A DNA stretch of 64,000 nucleotides, taken from an uncultured virus (IMG/VR IMGVR_UViG_3300020436_000010). Lineage: Duplodnaviria; Heunggongvirae; Uroviricota; Caudoviricetes. Location: the IMG/VR virus record IMGVR_UViG_3300020436_000010; one strand, 5' to 3'. Of this stretch, positions 39,579 through 49,304 are shown piece after piece; positions within the stretch are counted from its first letter, which is position 1, and each line of letters opens with the position of its first letter. The notes beneath the pieces are model-generated. The model worked only from the letters and a program-made list of their open reading frames with translations. It did no database searches and was not told the DNA's origin. The position numbers and the translations under genes are program-made.

Positions 39579-41704
39579 GCTAATAATGCCTTTAATTTTG
39601 TTTGAACTGCGGTTAGTGCAGGAGTGTTGATAGGAAAGCCACTAGGACCTACACCAGTGGGAACATTCAAATTTAATAATGCTTTCATTAATTCATCTAA
39701 AATTGTGCCTAATGTACCTATCTTATTTTCTATTGCTATTTTGCCAAAAGATTCAATTTCAATAGTTCCTAAAGCATTCTCTAATGTGACGGAACCCAAT
39801 GTTGTTGATAAAGAAATGGGACCTAACGAATTCATAGCAATTTGAACTTCTGCATCAACCTCAAAACTACCAAATGTTTTTGAGGTGAAACCAAGTGCAG
39901 ACATTTTAGATGAGGTTAAAGATCCCTCTGGACCTACATTCACATCAAAACCTCCTAATGGATTAATAGAATTAGTTTCGATTCTTCCACCAAGAACATT
40001 TATTTGTTTTCCAATATTAACTTTTCCTGGTATTCCTAAAGTTAGCAACCCATTTATAGTTTCTAAACTGCCAAAGGTTGATGACATCTTAATAGTTTTA
40101 TTAGAATTGACCGTATAATCTCCAGATGATACAATGTTAAAATTAGATGTATCAAATTGTACTGCGCCATCAGATTCAAAATTCATGGTTTTAGATCTAA
40201 GGTCAATTTGACCCATGTTGATACCCTGGAGATTATAATTATCTAAACCAAAAGTTTTTTGGTCAATCGGTTTTCCATCACCTGAAGTAAAAATAACATC
40301 TGTGCCTTTTAATAAAACTCTACCATTACCACCAGCAACAATGTTAATATCACCATCGACCGTTGCTATTGTACCACTTCCTGATCCTATCTTTACATTA
40401 TATGCACTTGACGATGTGCTATCATTAGGACTTGGAGATACAGTTTTTGAAGTACCATTTACATATAAGTCATAGAAACCATTTATATTTGTGAATGAAT
40501 TTCCTAAAGCATGTGTATTAATATGAGAATCAACCATATCATATTTTTCACCTATGGTGTTATCAACTCTATCACCATCTGGTAAATACTCAATATAAGA
40601 AGTTGATCTATGCATTAATCTTAATCGTTCTTTATTAGGTGTATCATCCATCTCAAACAAATGACCACTCTCAGTATATGTCACATGATTAAACGGATAA
40701 GATGGCTCACCTAATGTACCTGTGCTTGCTGGTTGATTTATTTTTTTATCAGGATTTGATGTTTCTATATTTGAATGTAATGCTACTCTATAATCTTCTA
40801 ACTCTTGATTAATTCTATGGGTTCTTAAAATTACGCTAGTAAAAGGATTTTTTGTATCTGTAAAATTATATTTTGATTTATGTTTTGCTGATGCTAAAAT
40901 ATTAGTTGTAGGCAAACTATATTCTAATAAACCTTCTTTACTAAATTGAGTTCTATTTTCATTAGGATGTGACGAATAATTTATTATTGATGCAAGTGTA
41001 ATTTCTTCTTCATTTACTGCATCAACTATTCTTGGTTCGCTATAGGGATCTGTATATTGATTTGTATTAATACCTTTGCGTTTTCCTTTGACTACAATTT
41101 CTGCTTTTTGTGCTATGTCATCTCGTGATGCAACAAGATATGCTTTGTGTTTTGCCCAAGAACTTACACCATGTAATTCATGAAGTTTTGTACCATCTTC
41201 TATATTGTCTGTAAATATTTTAAAATGATTTATTATCTTACTTTTGTTAATACTATTTGCACGTTCAATAAACAATGGAGGGCACGGATCATGTTCTCTT
41301 TGTTCAGGTGTTCTAGGATCAAAAAAACCTTTTTCACTATTTGCAAGTCTTTCAGGAATGCCCCCTAATGTGCCAAGTACGACTGGTTCTTGGCCCTCTA
41401 CACCATCTCTAAAAAATCCAAATACGTGTGTTCCAGGAACCATTCCAGTTGGTGATCTACCTATACCAGACATTGAAGCAGATGTTATAGGGTTTATTAC
41501 ATCTGCCCATGGCAAATCATCGGTTGGTATTCCAGATCCAGATGTTTTATCATCTGTATGCCATCCAATACATCTTACTCTAACACGACCAAGATATAAT
41601 GGATCATGACGATCTTCGACAACACCGTAAAACCAAACAAAACCATTCTTACCCATGAATGATTGAGTATCAAATTCTTTGAATGCTTGTGCAAAATTTT
41701 CCAT
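39575..41704 (-). CDS. gp5: Baseplate hub / central spike (gp5-like), no obvious lysozyme domain
   Basis: WFYGVVEDR.DP..LGRVRVRC.G.H, LPWA, GFFRDG...QEPVVLG, YPFNHVTYTESGH.FE.DDTP; beta-helix-like C-terminus ending PTGVGPSG.P. Confidence 0.93.
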   Translation of the reverse strand: MENFAQAFKEFDTQSFMGKNGFVWFYGVVEDRHDPLYLGRVRVRCIGWHTDDKTSGSGIPTDDLPWADVINPITSASMSGIGRSPTGMVPGTHVFGFFRDGVEGQEPVVLGTLGGIPERLANSEKGFFDPRTPEQREHDPCPPLFIERANSINKSKIINHFKIFTDNIEDGTKLHELHGVSSWAKHKAYLVASRDDIAQKAEIVVKGKRKGINTNQYTDPYSEPRIVDAVNEEEITLASIINYSSHPNENRTQFSKEGLLEYSLPTTNILASAKHKSKYNFTDTKNPFTSVILRTHRINQELEDYRVALHSNIETSNPDKKINQPASTGTLGEPSYPFNHVTYTESGHLFEMDDTPNKERLRLMHRSTSYIEYLPDGDRVDNTIGEKYDMVDSHINTHALGNSFTNINGFYDLYVNGTSKTVSPSPNDSTSSSAYNVKIGSGSGTIATVDGDINIVAGGNGRVLLKGTDVIFTSGDGKPIDQKTFGLDNYNLQGINMGQIDLRSKTMNFESDGAVQFDTSNFNIVSSGDYTVNSNKTIKMSSTFGSLETINGLLTLGIPGKVNIGKQINVLGGRIETNSINPLGGFDVNVGPEGSLTSSKMSALGFTSKTFGSFEVDAEVQIAMNSLGPISLSTTLGSVTLENALGTIEIESFGKIAIENKIGTLGTILDELMKALLNLNVPTGVGPSGFPINTPALTAVQTKLKALLA

Positions 41705-42636
41705 TAGGCGCTAAGTCTCTGTTTAATTCTTCTACCGACACCAAACTTCTCAGTTTCTTTTGGGTCTCTTGTTGCTTTTGTGGGTTCTTTAACTATAATA
41801 CCCTCTTTATCTCTGAAAAGGTCTATGAGTTTTCTGTTTCTAGGTATGTTACTTTTCACCCATGTCATCACCTTTTCAAGTGCTTTCTCGGAAGTATCTA
41901 TACGCTGACCCTCTCGCTTGAGCCTAAAATACTCAAAGTCTTGTACATTTTGTATCTTTTTATCTGCAAAGTCGCTACTCTTAAACATGACTGTGTTATT
42001 TCTATTGTTCAATACAATATTCACTTGTCCATCTACACCTTTTGGTAAATTACCTTTAATTACATTGTACATAGATGTGGCGGCACCTGTGTGTGTTGCA
42101 ATCATAATATCATCAGGCACTACTCTATCTCGTTCTTTGTTTTGCTTGACTGCAATATGATAGTTTGTGAGTACCCACGTTATATGAATATCTCTAGGTT
42201 GATACCCTGCTCTTAATAACATAGGCATTGCTTCATCGATCTCATCAGTATCTTTGAATGTTATGTCAAACATGATGTTAGGTAATCTGTCAGGTCGTAC
42301 ATCTCTCAAAATCAATTGAAGACTTCTGCCTTTGATACCCATCTTTTTAACTGCCATGTGTAACTTGAAAACATCGTCAGGATTTCTTAAATTTAATCCT
42401 TTAAGTTCAGAATATCTTTTCATCTCTGATGACAATCTGATAAATGCTTTTTTCCATTCATCAACGTCACGAACTTTGAAGAGATCTTTTTGCATAAATT
42501 TCTCTGAAGCAAATCCTTTACCAGATCCTGCACCTCCTGCAAGAAAAACAATCTGTCCATATTTTTTGCCGCCTCCATAGACAATGAGTTTTTCTTCTAA
42601 CGGTACTGCGGTCTTGAATTGTGTGTAGTTTAACAT
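41704..42636 (-). CDS. P-loop NTPase/kinase-like protein (zeta toxin/AAA_33-like)
   Basis: FLAGGAGSGKG Walker A; DVD; N..R.RVVP lid motif. Confidence 0.8.
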   Translation of the reverse strand: MLNYTQFKTAVPLEEKLIVYGGGKKYGQIVFLAGGAGSGKGFASEKFMQKDLFKVRDVDEWKKAFIRLSSEMKRYSELKGLNLRNPDDVFKLHMAVKKMGIKGRSLQLILRDVRPDRLPNIMFDITFKDTDEIDEAMPMLLRAGYQPRDIHITWVLTNYHIAVKQNKERDRVVPDDIMIATHTGAATSMYNVIKGNLPKGVDGQVNIVLNNRNNTVMFKSSDFADKKIQNVQDFEYFRLKREGQRIDTSEKALEKVMTWVKSNIPRNRKLIDLFRDKEGIIVKEPTKATRDPKETEKFGVGRRIKQRLSA

Positions 42637-42644
42637 TTTACTCC

Positions 42645-44273
42645 TTAAGGTTCTTCACCTGCTTCATCTTCATCATATGTGTTTTCATCTGCTACAAGAG
42701 CATTTAAAAAAGATTGATCTGCTCCTGCATCTAGCAATTCTTGTTGAGACACACCAAAAGCATCCTCAAAATATTTTAATTGTTCTGTTAGGTTATCTTT
42801 GACTAATTTCATATCCATATAATATGAATCTCCAATAAATTTATGACTTAAATCAGTTACTATATAATTACCTGCATAATATCGATGTTTCTCTCCCTCA
42901 AAATGTCCTGATGGTAAATCAATAAAGACTAAATCTCCAATTGTTCTTGTTTGATTTCCTGGCACTCTTATAGAAAGAACAATATTTTTCATCTGTCTAT
43001 TTCGAGACATGTTTGGAAGCAACCATCTTTCAGTATTTAAATCATAATTGGTTTCACGTCCCATAATATTGGATAATAATTTAACTTGAGATCTAGAATC
43101 TCTTTCAAAATTAGTTGTCATAAATTTATAACTTGATTCTGCACTGCCATAAGCAAAGTGTTTTTTTGTTATAAATGGGTTTGATTGACCATATACATGT
43201 GTAAATTGATTAAAGTTTTTTAAATAATCATAGTCATAAAATTTTTGACGTACTCCAGATTTTCTTGTTTTCTTTTCAGATCCTGCTATACTCTCGCTTG
43301 CACCTTCGTTATCTAACGCTCCTACTCTCATCGTTACTGGGTCATATGTTAATAATCTAGAGTTGTACATACCACCGACTAAATTTGCAACGACATTAAA
43401 GGTAGATTCAAATTTAAAAGATGTAATTATATTTTCTTCTGATGACAAATCAAAATCTGCACCTTCCGCCAATGCATTAGCAGGAAATAAAACATATCTA
43501 TCAACAACAGGATCTTGTTCAAATTTCAATTGTTGCGATTGTTTAAATTTTTCTAATGTTGATGCAGTTTCAAGTTGTTCAAGATCTTTAACACTTGTTT
43601 TAGGTTGTAATAGACTTTCTAAACTTTTAAAATTGAAACCATCTTTATTCTCATAAAACATAAATTTTGCACCAATATTAGACCCTCTACCTGCTACAGA
43701 TTTTTTAGCCACAAGATTTATACATTCAAAAGGTCTAAACATACCCATAACCATGTGCATTGGAAATAATGATGAATCTACATTTGTTTCATCAAGTCCA
43801 TGAATTGGTTTTTGAAATGTTACGTTTTTTTGTATGTAATCATAATAGATGTCACTTACAATCTCATGACCAAATTTTCTATATGATCTTGAAACTTTAT
43901 ATTTTAAATTAGCAATATATTCTTCAGATACGAAAAAAAGTACATATGCCTGTTTTTTACTTTCATCAATCAACTTAGGTGACATATTATACACTACAAA
44001 ATTTTTATTTTGTATGGAAACGTTGTTTAGATTTTTCGATCCAAATTTGATATTGATTCTCTCTTGACCTATGATCGGAATTCTTTCTTCAAAACCTCCA
44101 ATATCTAAAATTGTAATATCACCATGTATCACATTATCATTGAGAGATTCATGTATTGAAAAATCTACAACAATACTAGGATCTAATTCAATTTGTTGAT
44201 CTCTATAATTTGTTAATACAACACTACGTTTTGCTTCAGCAGTTTGTTGATTAGATGGTATCGATTCAGCCAT
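42645..44273 (-). CDS. Baseplate hub protein (gp27-like)
   Basis: PIIGQERINI, FMFYENKDGFNFKSLESL, VPGN....GD, YAGNYIVT..SH; lies between gp53 and gp5. Confidence 0.75.
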   Translation of the reverse strand: MAESIPSNQQTAEAKRSVVLTNYRDQQIELDPSIVVDFSIHESLNDNVIHGDITILDIGGFEERIPIIGQERINIKFGSKNLNNVSIQNKNFVVYNMSPKLIDESKKQAYVLFFVSEEYIANLKYKVSRSYRKFGHEIVSDIYYDYIQKNVTFQKPIHGLDETNVDSSLFPMHMVMGMFRPFECINLVAKKSVAGRGSNIGAKFMFYENKDGFNFKSLESLLQPKTSVKDLEQLETASTLEKFKQSQQLKFEQDPVVDRYVLFPANALAEGADFDLSSEENIITSFKFESTFNVVANLVGGMYNSRLLTYDPVTMRVGALDNEGASESIAGSEKKTRKSGVRQKFYDYDYLKNFNQFTHVYGQSNPFITKKHFAYGSAESSYKFMTTNFERDSRSQVKLLSNIMGRETNYDLNTERWLLPNMSRNRQMKNIVLSIRVPGNQTRTIGDLVFIDLPSGHFEGEKHRYYAGNYIVTDLSHKFIGDSYYMDMKLVKDNLTEQLKYFEDAFGVSQQELLDAGADQSFLNALVADENTYDEDEAGEEP

Positions 44274-44841
44274 ATAATGTTCTTGATTCTTCTAAAATTT
44301 GTTGAGCATAAACATCTTCAATAAGAATAATATTTCTTTTAGATTCATTTTCTAAGATTTCGTAATCAAAATTACTTATACTTTTTCTACTTGTAGAGTT
44401 TAAATTATCATAAGTTGTTTTATCAACATGAACTGTTTTTTCTAAAATTCGTTCTGTACTAGCGGTAGCAGAAACTTCTGTTCTAAGAATTTGTTCATAA
44501 TGATGCACGGTATTTTGTGCTGACTGAACACTACCGTATTTTTCTATAATAAATTTTTCAAATTGTTTTCCAAAAAAAGGCCAATCATAATAAACATCAA
44601 AAATATCGTTTGCATATAAAATTAACCACATGAAATCAACAGAACCATAATACAAATGTGATAGCGTATCTGGTCTTTCACCCTCTTGAACTTGATATGG
44701 ATAATACGATAAAACATTAGATAATACTCTTTCACGTATGAAATTTCTTCTAAAAATATCTATTGCCAAATATTCTGTAGATGGTTTCTTTTTGTCTAAA
44801 TCGTATGTAATCAATGGTAAATTTGTGAAATACTCTGACAT
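44266..44841 (-). CDS. gp53: Baseplate wedge subunit (gp53)
   Basis: YF..LP...Y, EGERPD.LS..YYG, WLIL.AN, HHYE, NESKRNI. Confidence 0.93.
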   Translation of the reverse strand: MSEYFTNLPLITYDLDKKKPSTEYLAIDIFRRNFIRERVLSNVLSYYPYQVQEGERPDTLSHLYYGSVDFMWLILYANDIFDVYYDWPFFGKQFEKFIIEKYGSVQSAQNTVHHYEQILRTEVSATASTERILEKTVHVDKTTYDNLNSTSRKSISNFDYEILENESKRNIILIEDVYAQQILEESRTLYG

Positions 44842-44842
44842 A

Positions 44843-45955
44843 CTATCCCTCTAATTTTTGTGCTATGTTTCTAGACATTGCAAAATTTTCTTTAAATGTT
44901 ATATCCATTTTCACATGTTGAGGAGCACCATTCTTAAAAAATACTTGTTGTCCTCCTTCACCATAAGTTATTTTTAGATTTAAAATTGATGATTGACCTA
45001 TCTGATGTATAAACTGATTTTTTGTCCCGTTAGTTTTGTAAAACTTTATTGTATAAACATGTGGATAATTAAAAAACGCTGACTTCAATAAATTTGTTTG
45101 TGCCTCTGTTGCTGGTTTTGTTTTTATATAGGATACAGTAGTGCTTAGACCACTTGAAAACTCATAGGCTCCAGTTTTAAGTTCTTCGATTTGATATTTT
45201 TCTACATTTTTTTTATTTTCCATATTTGGTTTGTGATAATCAGGCAACATACCTGCTTTTAATTTAGTAATGATACGTAGTATATTTTGTGATTCTGTCT
45301 CATTTCTAGGATAAAAATCAAAGGCGAATGCATGTTGTCTTCTTTCTTTTACACCAGCAAACACAAGTGTAGAGTATGGGTTTCCTGTTTTTCTCATTGA
45401 AAGTGATGCTACTGATGCAGTTTTATCTTTTGACATTAACAAACTACCAACCGCTTCGCCAATGTTAAATGCCATTCTAGTGTTTAAATCTTGATTGATG
45501 TAACGATTGACATTAGGTGATAATTCGTCTCCAACGGTTGTTGCGATGTTACCATAAAAATTCATTGATTGTGAAAGTGGATTATCATTTCCTGAAACTA
45601 TACCAGGTAATTGTGCTTGTAGTCTTGTTAAGATATCTGAAGATTCTGAATTCAATAGAGCACCAAAAAAACCAAAATCGACTTTTTCATGACTTGCATT
45701 ATATTGTGTTTTTAATGATCCTTTTGGAAGATATAATGCAAATGCATTTTTTGATTCAAATTTAGATACAGATGTAGTTTGTTCTGTAAATTCAGTTAAT
45801 GCATCTCTGTTTTTTGAATTTGTGTTTTTAAATTCATATTCTGTTATGACCATAAAATGTTGTACTTCTTCTGTTGCAACATTTTCAGGAAATTTTTCTA
45901 TAGTATTTACACCAATGCTTTGTTTTATATTATTCAATTTTTCAGATGGAGTCAT
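44843..45955 (-). CDS. Baseplate tail-tube cap (gp48-like)
   Basis: LYLP, NPY..LVF.G...R.H.F.FDFYPRN..ES..I..II, ITFKE. Confidence 0.8.
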   Translation of the reverse strand: MTPSEKLNNIKQSIGVNTIEKFPENVATEEVQHFMVITEYEFKNTNSKNRDALTEFTEQTTSVSKFESKNAFALYLPKGSLKTQYNASHEKVDFGFFGALLNSESSDILTRLQAQLPGIVSGNDNPLSQSMNFYGNIATTVGDELSPNVNRYINQDLNTRMAFNIGEAVGSLLMSKDKTASVASLSMRKTGNPYSTLVFAGVKERRQHAFAFDFYPRNETESQNILRIITKLKAGMLPDYHKPNMENKKNVEKYQIEELKTGAYEFSSGLSTTVSYIKTKPATEAQTNLLKSAFFNYPHVYTIKFYKTNGTKNQFIHQIGQSSILNLKITYGEGGQQVFFKNGAPQHVKMDITFKENFAMSRNIAQKLEG

Positions 45956-46890
45956 TAGAACTTCTCCACAATATTGTATCTATTGTTATCTTGTCTTACG
46001 TTTTCTCTTGTGTAAATTTTTGACTCCGTAAATGTTAAATTTAATATTGTCGATACAGGAGCAGAATTTTTATGAAAAGCAGGTGCTCCCTCTGTTTCGT
46101 AATCAACTGAAAAACTTGTGATGGCGGCATCATTAATACTTGGCAAATGTCTTGTTCCTATTAATTCATCACCTGCTAATCTAAGATCACCTTTTGAAGT
46201 GAAAAAGTCAATATAAAATCTAAAAGGTAAAAGTTGTAATCCTGTTTTTTGTTCATACAAAAATTCACCATCTTCATCATATTGAGCCTCAACCTCATCT
46301 TCAGGTAGCATTGAATTTCTTAGAAATTTGATAATATTTGTCAGTTGTTCAGAATCTTCTTTTTTCAATGGAGTAAGTCTAAATGAAAAATTAAAAGTTT
46401 TAAAACCAAGACTTTTAAATACACCTGTAATATAAGGGTTTATTGCTTTATTTGTAGCAGAGGTCACTATCTGACCGGCAGTTGCCTTCGCATCACCTGT
46501 GCTTATTCCTGGTATCATTTCAATTGATTTCTTTGCAACGACTTGTCCTAAAAGACCACTATTAAAAGAACCTAAACCATTCAATAAAGACTTTTTAAGA
46601 TTTTCAATACTAAGTTCTGTTGCTATACTTGAACCAACACCTACCGCAGTAGCACCTAGTGGCCCTAAATTTGCATCTGCATATTCAACTTTATAGTCAT
46701 CAACAATATCTAATGGCATTGGTAAAGCAATTGTTCCTCGCATTTCTTGCTTACCGCCTGGTAGTATTTCCTTTGCAATTATGTAAGTAAAATGTTTTTC
46801 TTCGTCCGATCCTAAAGTTGTAGGAAAAGTGAAATCATTAACTCTAGCATTACTTTTAATAGCACGAACTTTTTCGACTGGGTTTGACAT
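45955..46890 (-). CDS. Baseplate tail-tube cap (gp48-like paralogue)
   Basis: Start moved to MSNPVEK (AGGAG RBS); LPMP, NPY...FK....TFNFSF.L.P....DS, LTFTE. Confidence 0.8.
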   Translation of the reverse strand: MSNPVEKVRAIKSNARVNDFTFPTTLGSDEEKHFTYIIAKEILPGGKQEMRGTIALPMPLDIVDDYKVEYADANLGPLGATAVGVGSSIATELSIENLKKSLLNGLGSFNSGLLGQVVAKKSIEMIPGISTGDAKATAGQIVTSATNKAINPYITGVFKSLGFKTFNFSFRLTPLKKEDSEQLTNIIKFLRNSMLPEDEVEAQYDEDGEFLYEQKTGLQLLPFRFYIDFFTSKGDLRLAGDELIGTRHLPSINDAAITSFSVDYETEGAPAFHKNSAPVSTILNLTFTESKIYTRENVRQDNNRYNIVEKF

Positions 46891-46918
46891 TTTTCTCCTA
46901 ATATACATAATATTTAGC

Positions 46919-47359
46919 ATGTCTTACAAAGGTCGGTATAAAGTTAAAAATCTTGATAAGTATAAAGGTGATCCTACAAGTGTGACATATCGTTCATTAT
47001 GGGAACGTAAGTTTATGTTATACTGTGATGATAATCCTAGTGTTTTAAAATGGTCAAGTGAAGAAATCGTAATTCCATATCGATCACCTATTGACAAAAA
47101 AGTTCATAGATATTTTCCTGACTTTTGGATTCAAATACGAAATTCTCAAGGTATCAAAGAAGGTATTCTAATTGAAGTAAAACCTAAAGCACAAACAAAT
47201 CCACCTAAAAAGAAATCAAGAGTAACAAAGAGATATTTGCGTGAAGTTTATACATACGGTATTAATGAAGCCAAATGGAAGGCGGCAACTGAATATTGTA
47301 AAGATAGGGGTTGGAAGTTTCAGATTTTGACAGAAGAACACATCTTTGGCAATAAATAA
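46919..47359 (+). CDS. gp4: Head completion protein (gp4, TnsA-like nuclease fold)
   Basis: MSYKGRY..KYKGDP..YRSLWE, WSSEE..IPY.SP.D...HRYFPDF, IEVKP, N.AKW.AA. Confidence 0.95.
   Translation: MSYKGRYKVKNLDKYKGDPTSVTYRSLWERKFMLYCDDNPSVLKWSSEEIVIPYRSPIDKKVHRYFPDFWIQIRNSQGIKEGILIEVKPKAQTNPPKKKSRVTKRYLREVYTYGINEAKWKAATEYCKDRGWKFQILTEEHIFGNK
47351..47358 (+). promoter_or_regulatory. Late promoter-like AATAAATA
   Basis: 5 nt upstream of the ATG at 47364. Confidence 0.55.
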
Positions 47360-47363
47360 TAGT

Positions 47364-47948
47364 ATGGCTGAAAGAGAAAAATCATTTCTTGAAAAACTCA
47401 AGGATGCATTAAATAAAAGTCAAGGCAATGTTAAAACAAGAAACGCAAGAGATTGGTTTCAAAGAAAAGCCAGGGCATTAAAATCGGAATTAAGAAGCAA
47501 ATTTACGAAAGTAGATACTGCTGATGAATTCTATCAAAAATCTAAAAAGATAGGCAAACGTAATATTGGACCTGGTTCAATGTTTGCATATTTTTATGAT
47601 CCCAAATATAAGAAAGAATTAAAATACTATGATAGATTTCCTCTTGTTCTTGTATTTGATTTTAAGCCAAATGGTTTCATTGGGTGTAATATGCACTATC
47701 TACCTCCTCTCTTGAGAGCAAAGTTAATGGATGAGATCGATAAAGCACGAGGTATTAATTGGAAAGCATTGTCAAGAATTAAAGAAGTAAAACCAACAGT
47801 CAAAAGATATTTGTACAAACACATAAGTTCTAAGGTCGTTGAAATTGCAGATGACGAAAGAGAAATAGCATTGTTTCTACCTACAGAACGTTTTAAAAAA
47901 GAAAGCAAACTCGTAGTTTGGGGACATAGTAGGAGCATGATCAAATGA
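47364..47948 (+). CDS. gp2: DNA end protector protein (gp2)
   Basis: YDPKYK..L.YYDRFPLV, G.NMHYLPP..R, KRYL..H, LFLPTERF. Confidence 0.95.
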   Translation: MAEREKSFLEKLKDALNKSQGNVKTRNARDWFQRKARALKSELRSKFTKVDTADEFYQKSKKIGKRNIGPGSMFAYFYDPKYKKELKYYDRFPLVLVFDFKPNGFIGCNMHYLPPLLRAKLMDEIDKARGINWKALSRIKEVKPTVKRYLYKHISSKVVEIADDEREIALFLPTERFKKESKLVVWGHSRSMIK

Positions 47949-48541
47949 TAGACATAGGAGAAATAACAGATTTAACAAGGTTTCATCCTGCACCAACAAA
48001 TAGATATGTTGCAACAGTGACAGGTCCAAGAAAAAGAACACCTTTGATTCCAGGTTTAGACACGAAAACATTAGCAATAAGATGCGAATCCGCTGAATTA
48101 CCTGGCAAATCAGTCCCTACAAGTGATGCAAGATTGTATGGTCCAATAAGAAAAATACCCTATAACTTAGCATTTATTGACTCTACATTTACATTTGCTT
48201 GCTCAAACGATGAGATGATCGAAAAAAGATTTTTCGATAAATGGGTAGAATACATGATAGACAATGACACATTTGATGTTGAATACTATGATAGTTTAGT
48301 GGGTCAAATAAATTTAAAAGTTTTAAATGAACAAAATTCAGTTTTGTATGAAGTTGATTATATAGATGCCTTTCCAATAAACGTGGGTGCAATTAGTTTA
48401 GGCTATGCACAAAATGGAGAATATGCAAAAGTAAGCGTAACATTTTCATATAGAAAATGGACTAGAAAAGTATCAACAATAGAATCAGCAGGAGGTTTTA
48501 GAGATATTTCTGATTTTGAATCAGAAATAATACTACCGTGA
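47945..48541 (+). CDS. Baseplate tail-tube initiator (gp54/gp19-like)
   Basis: CESAELPG, YGP.RKIPY, FFDKW, YYD, DAFP, VTFSYRKW. Confidence 0.85.
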   Translation: MIDIGEITDLTRFHPAPTNRYVATVTGPRKRTPLIPGLDTKTLAIRCESAELPGKSVPTSDARLYGPIRKIPYNLAFIDSTFTFACSNDEMIEKRFFDKWVEYMIDNDTFDVEYYDSLVGQINLKVLNEQNSVLYEVDYIDAFPINVGAISLGYAQNGEYAKVSVTFSYRKWTRKVSTIESAGGFRDISDFESEIILP

Positions 48542-48563
48542 CACAGGCTAACTAGGAGATATT

Positions 48564-49304
48564 ATGGCATTACCGGTGCTTAATGCACCAACACATGAAT
48601 TGACTCTTACATCTAATGGTGAAACGATAAAGTTTCGACCTTTTTTGGTGAAAGAGGAAAAACTTTTGTTGATGGCATTAGAAAGCAATGATGATGACGA
48701 AATGATGAGAGCAATGAAGCAACTCATCAAGAATTGTGTTTTGAGTGATATTGATATTGAAAAAATACCTCTTTTCGATGTTCAATATATTTTTCTACAA
48801 ATTCGTTGTCAATCTGTAGGAGAAGAAATAACATTAAGATTTAAACATCCTGATGACAAAAATAGTAAAGGTGAAAAATGCGAACACATTCAAGATGTTA
48901 AAATAAATCTAAAAGAAATAAAACCAGAAGCCAGAGAAGGACATACAACAAAAATAGATTTATCACCTGATATAGGTGTTGTTATGTCATATCCAAATAT
49001 AGATATGATGAAATCTTTTTCTGCTTCCGAGGGCAATACGGAAGTTGCACTTGAACTTATATTTGATATAATTATTCAAAATATTGAAATGATTTACCAA
49101 GGTGATGAAGTTTTTTATACTGAAAATCATTCTAAAGATGAGATGAGAGATTTTTTGAATAGTCTAAATTCAATGCAGTTTAATCACATAAGAGAGTTTT
49201 TTCAAACAATGCCTTATCTTAGACATGAATTTGAATACACATGTGATAAATGTGGTTGCAAAGAAAATATAAACCTTACTGGAGTAGAAGATTTTTTCGC
49301 ATAA
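48564..49304 (+). CDS. gp26: Baseplate hub assembly protein (gp26-like)
   Basis: MALP, FRPFLVKEEKLLL, FD..YIFL.IR..SVGE, FF.TMP.L, C..CG, G..DFF. Confidence 0.92.
   Translation: MALPVLNAPTHELTLTSNGETIKFRPFLVKEEKLLLMALESNDDDEMMRAMKQLIKNCVLSDIDIEKIPLFDVQYIFLQIRCQSVGEEITLRFKHPDDKNSKGEKCEHIQDVKINLKEIKPEAREGHTTKIDLSPDIGVVMSYPNIDMMKSFSASEGNTEVALELIFDIIIQNIEMIYQGDEVFYTENHSKDEMRDFLNSLNSMQFNHIREFFQTMPYLRHEFEYTCDKCGCKENINLTGVEDFFA

Noticed and set aside
41704..42636. Toxin-antitoxin module
   Set aside because: No adjacent antitoxin-like gene; both neighbours are baseplate genes
46829..46920. Long overlapping starts for gp4 and the gp48-like gene
   Set aside because: Conserved N-terminus and RBS support starts at 46919 (+) and 46890 (-)
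46919..47359. Tn7-like transposon suggested by the TnsA-like fold
   Set aside because: This is the standard T4 gp4 next to gp2; no tnsB/tnsC or terminal repeats
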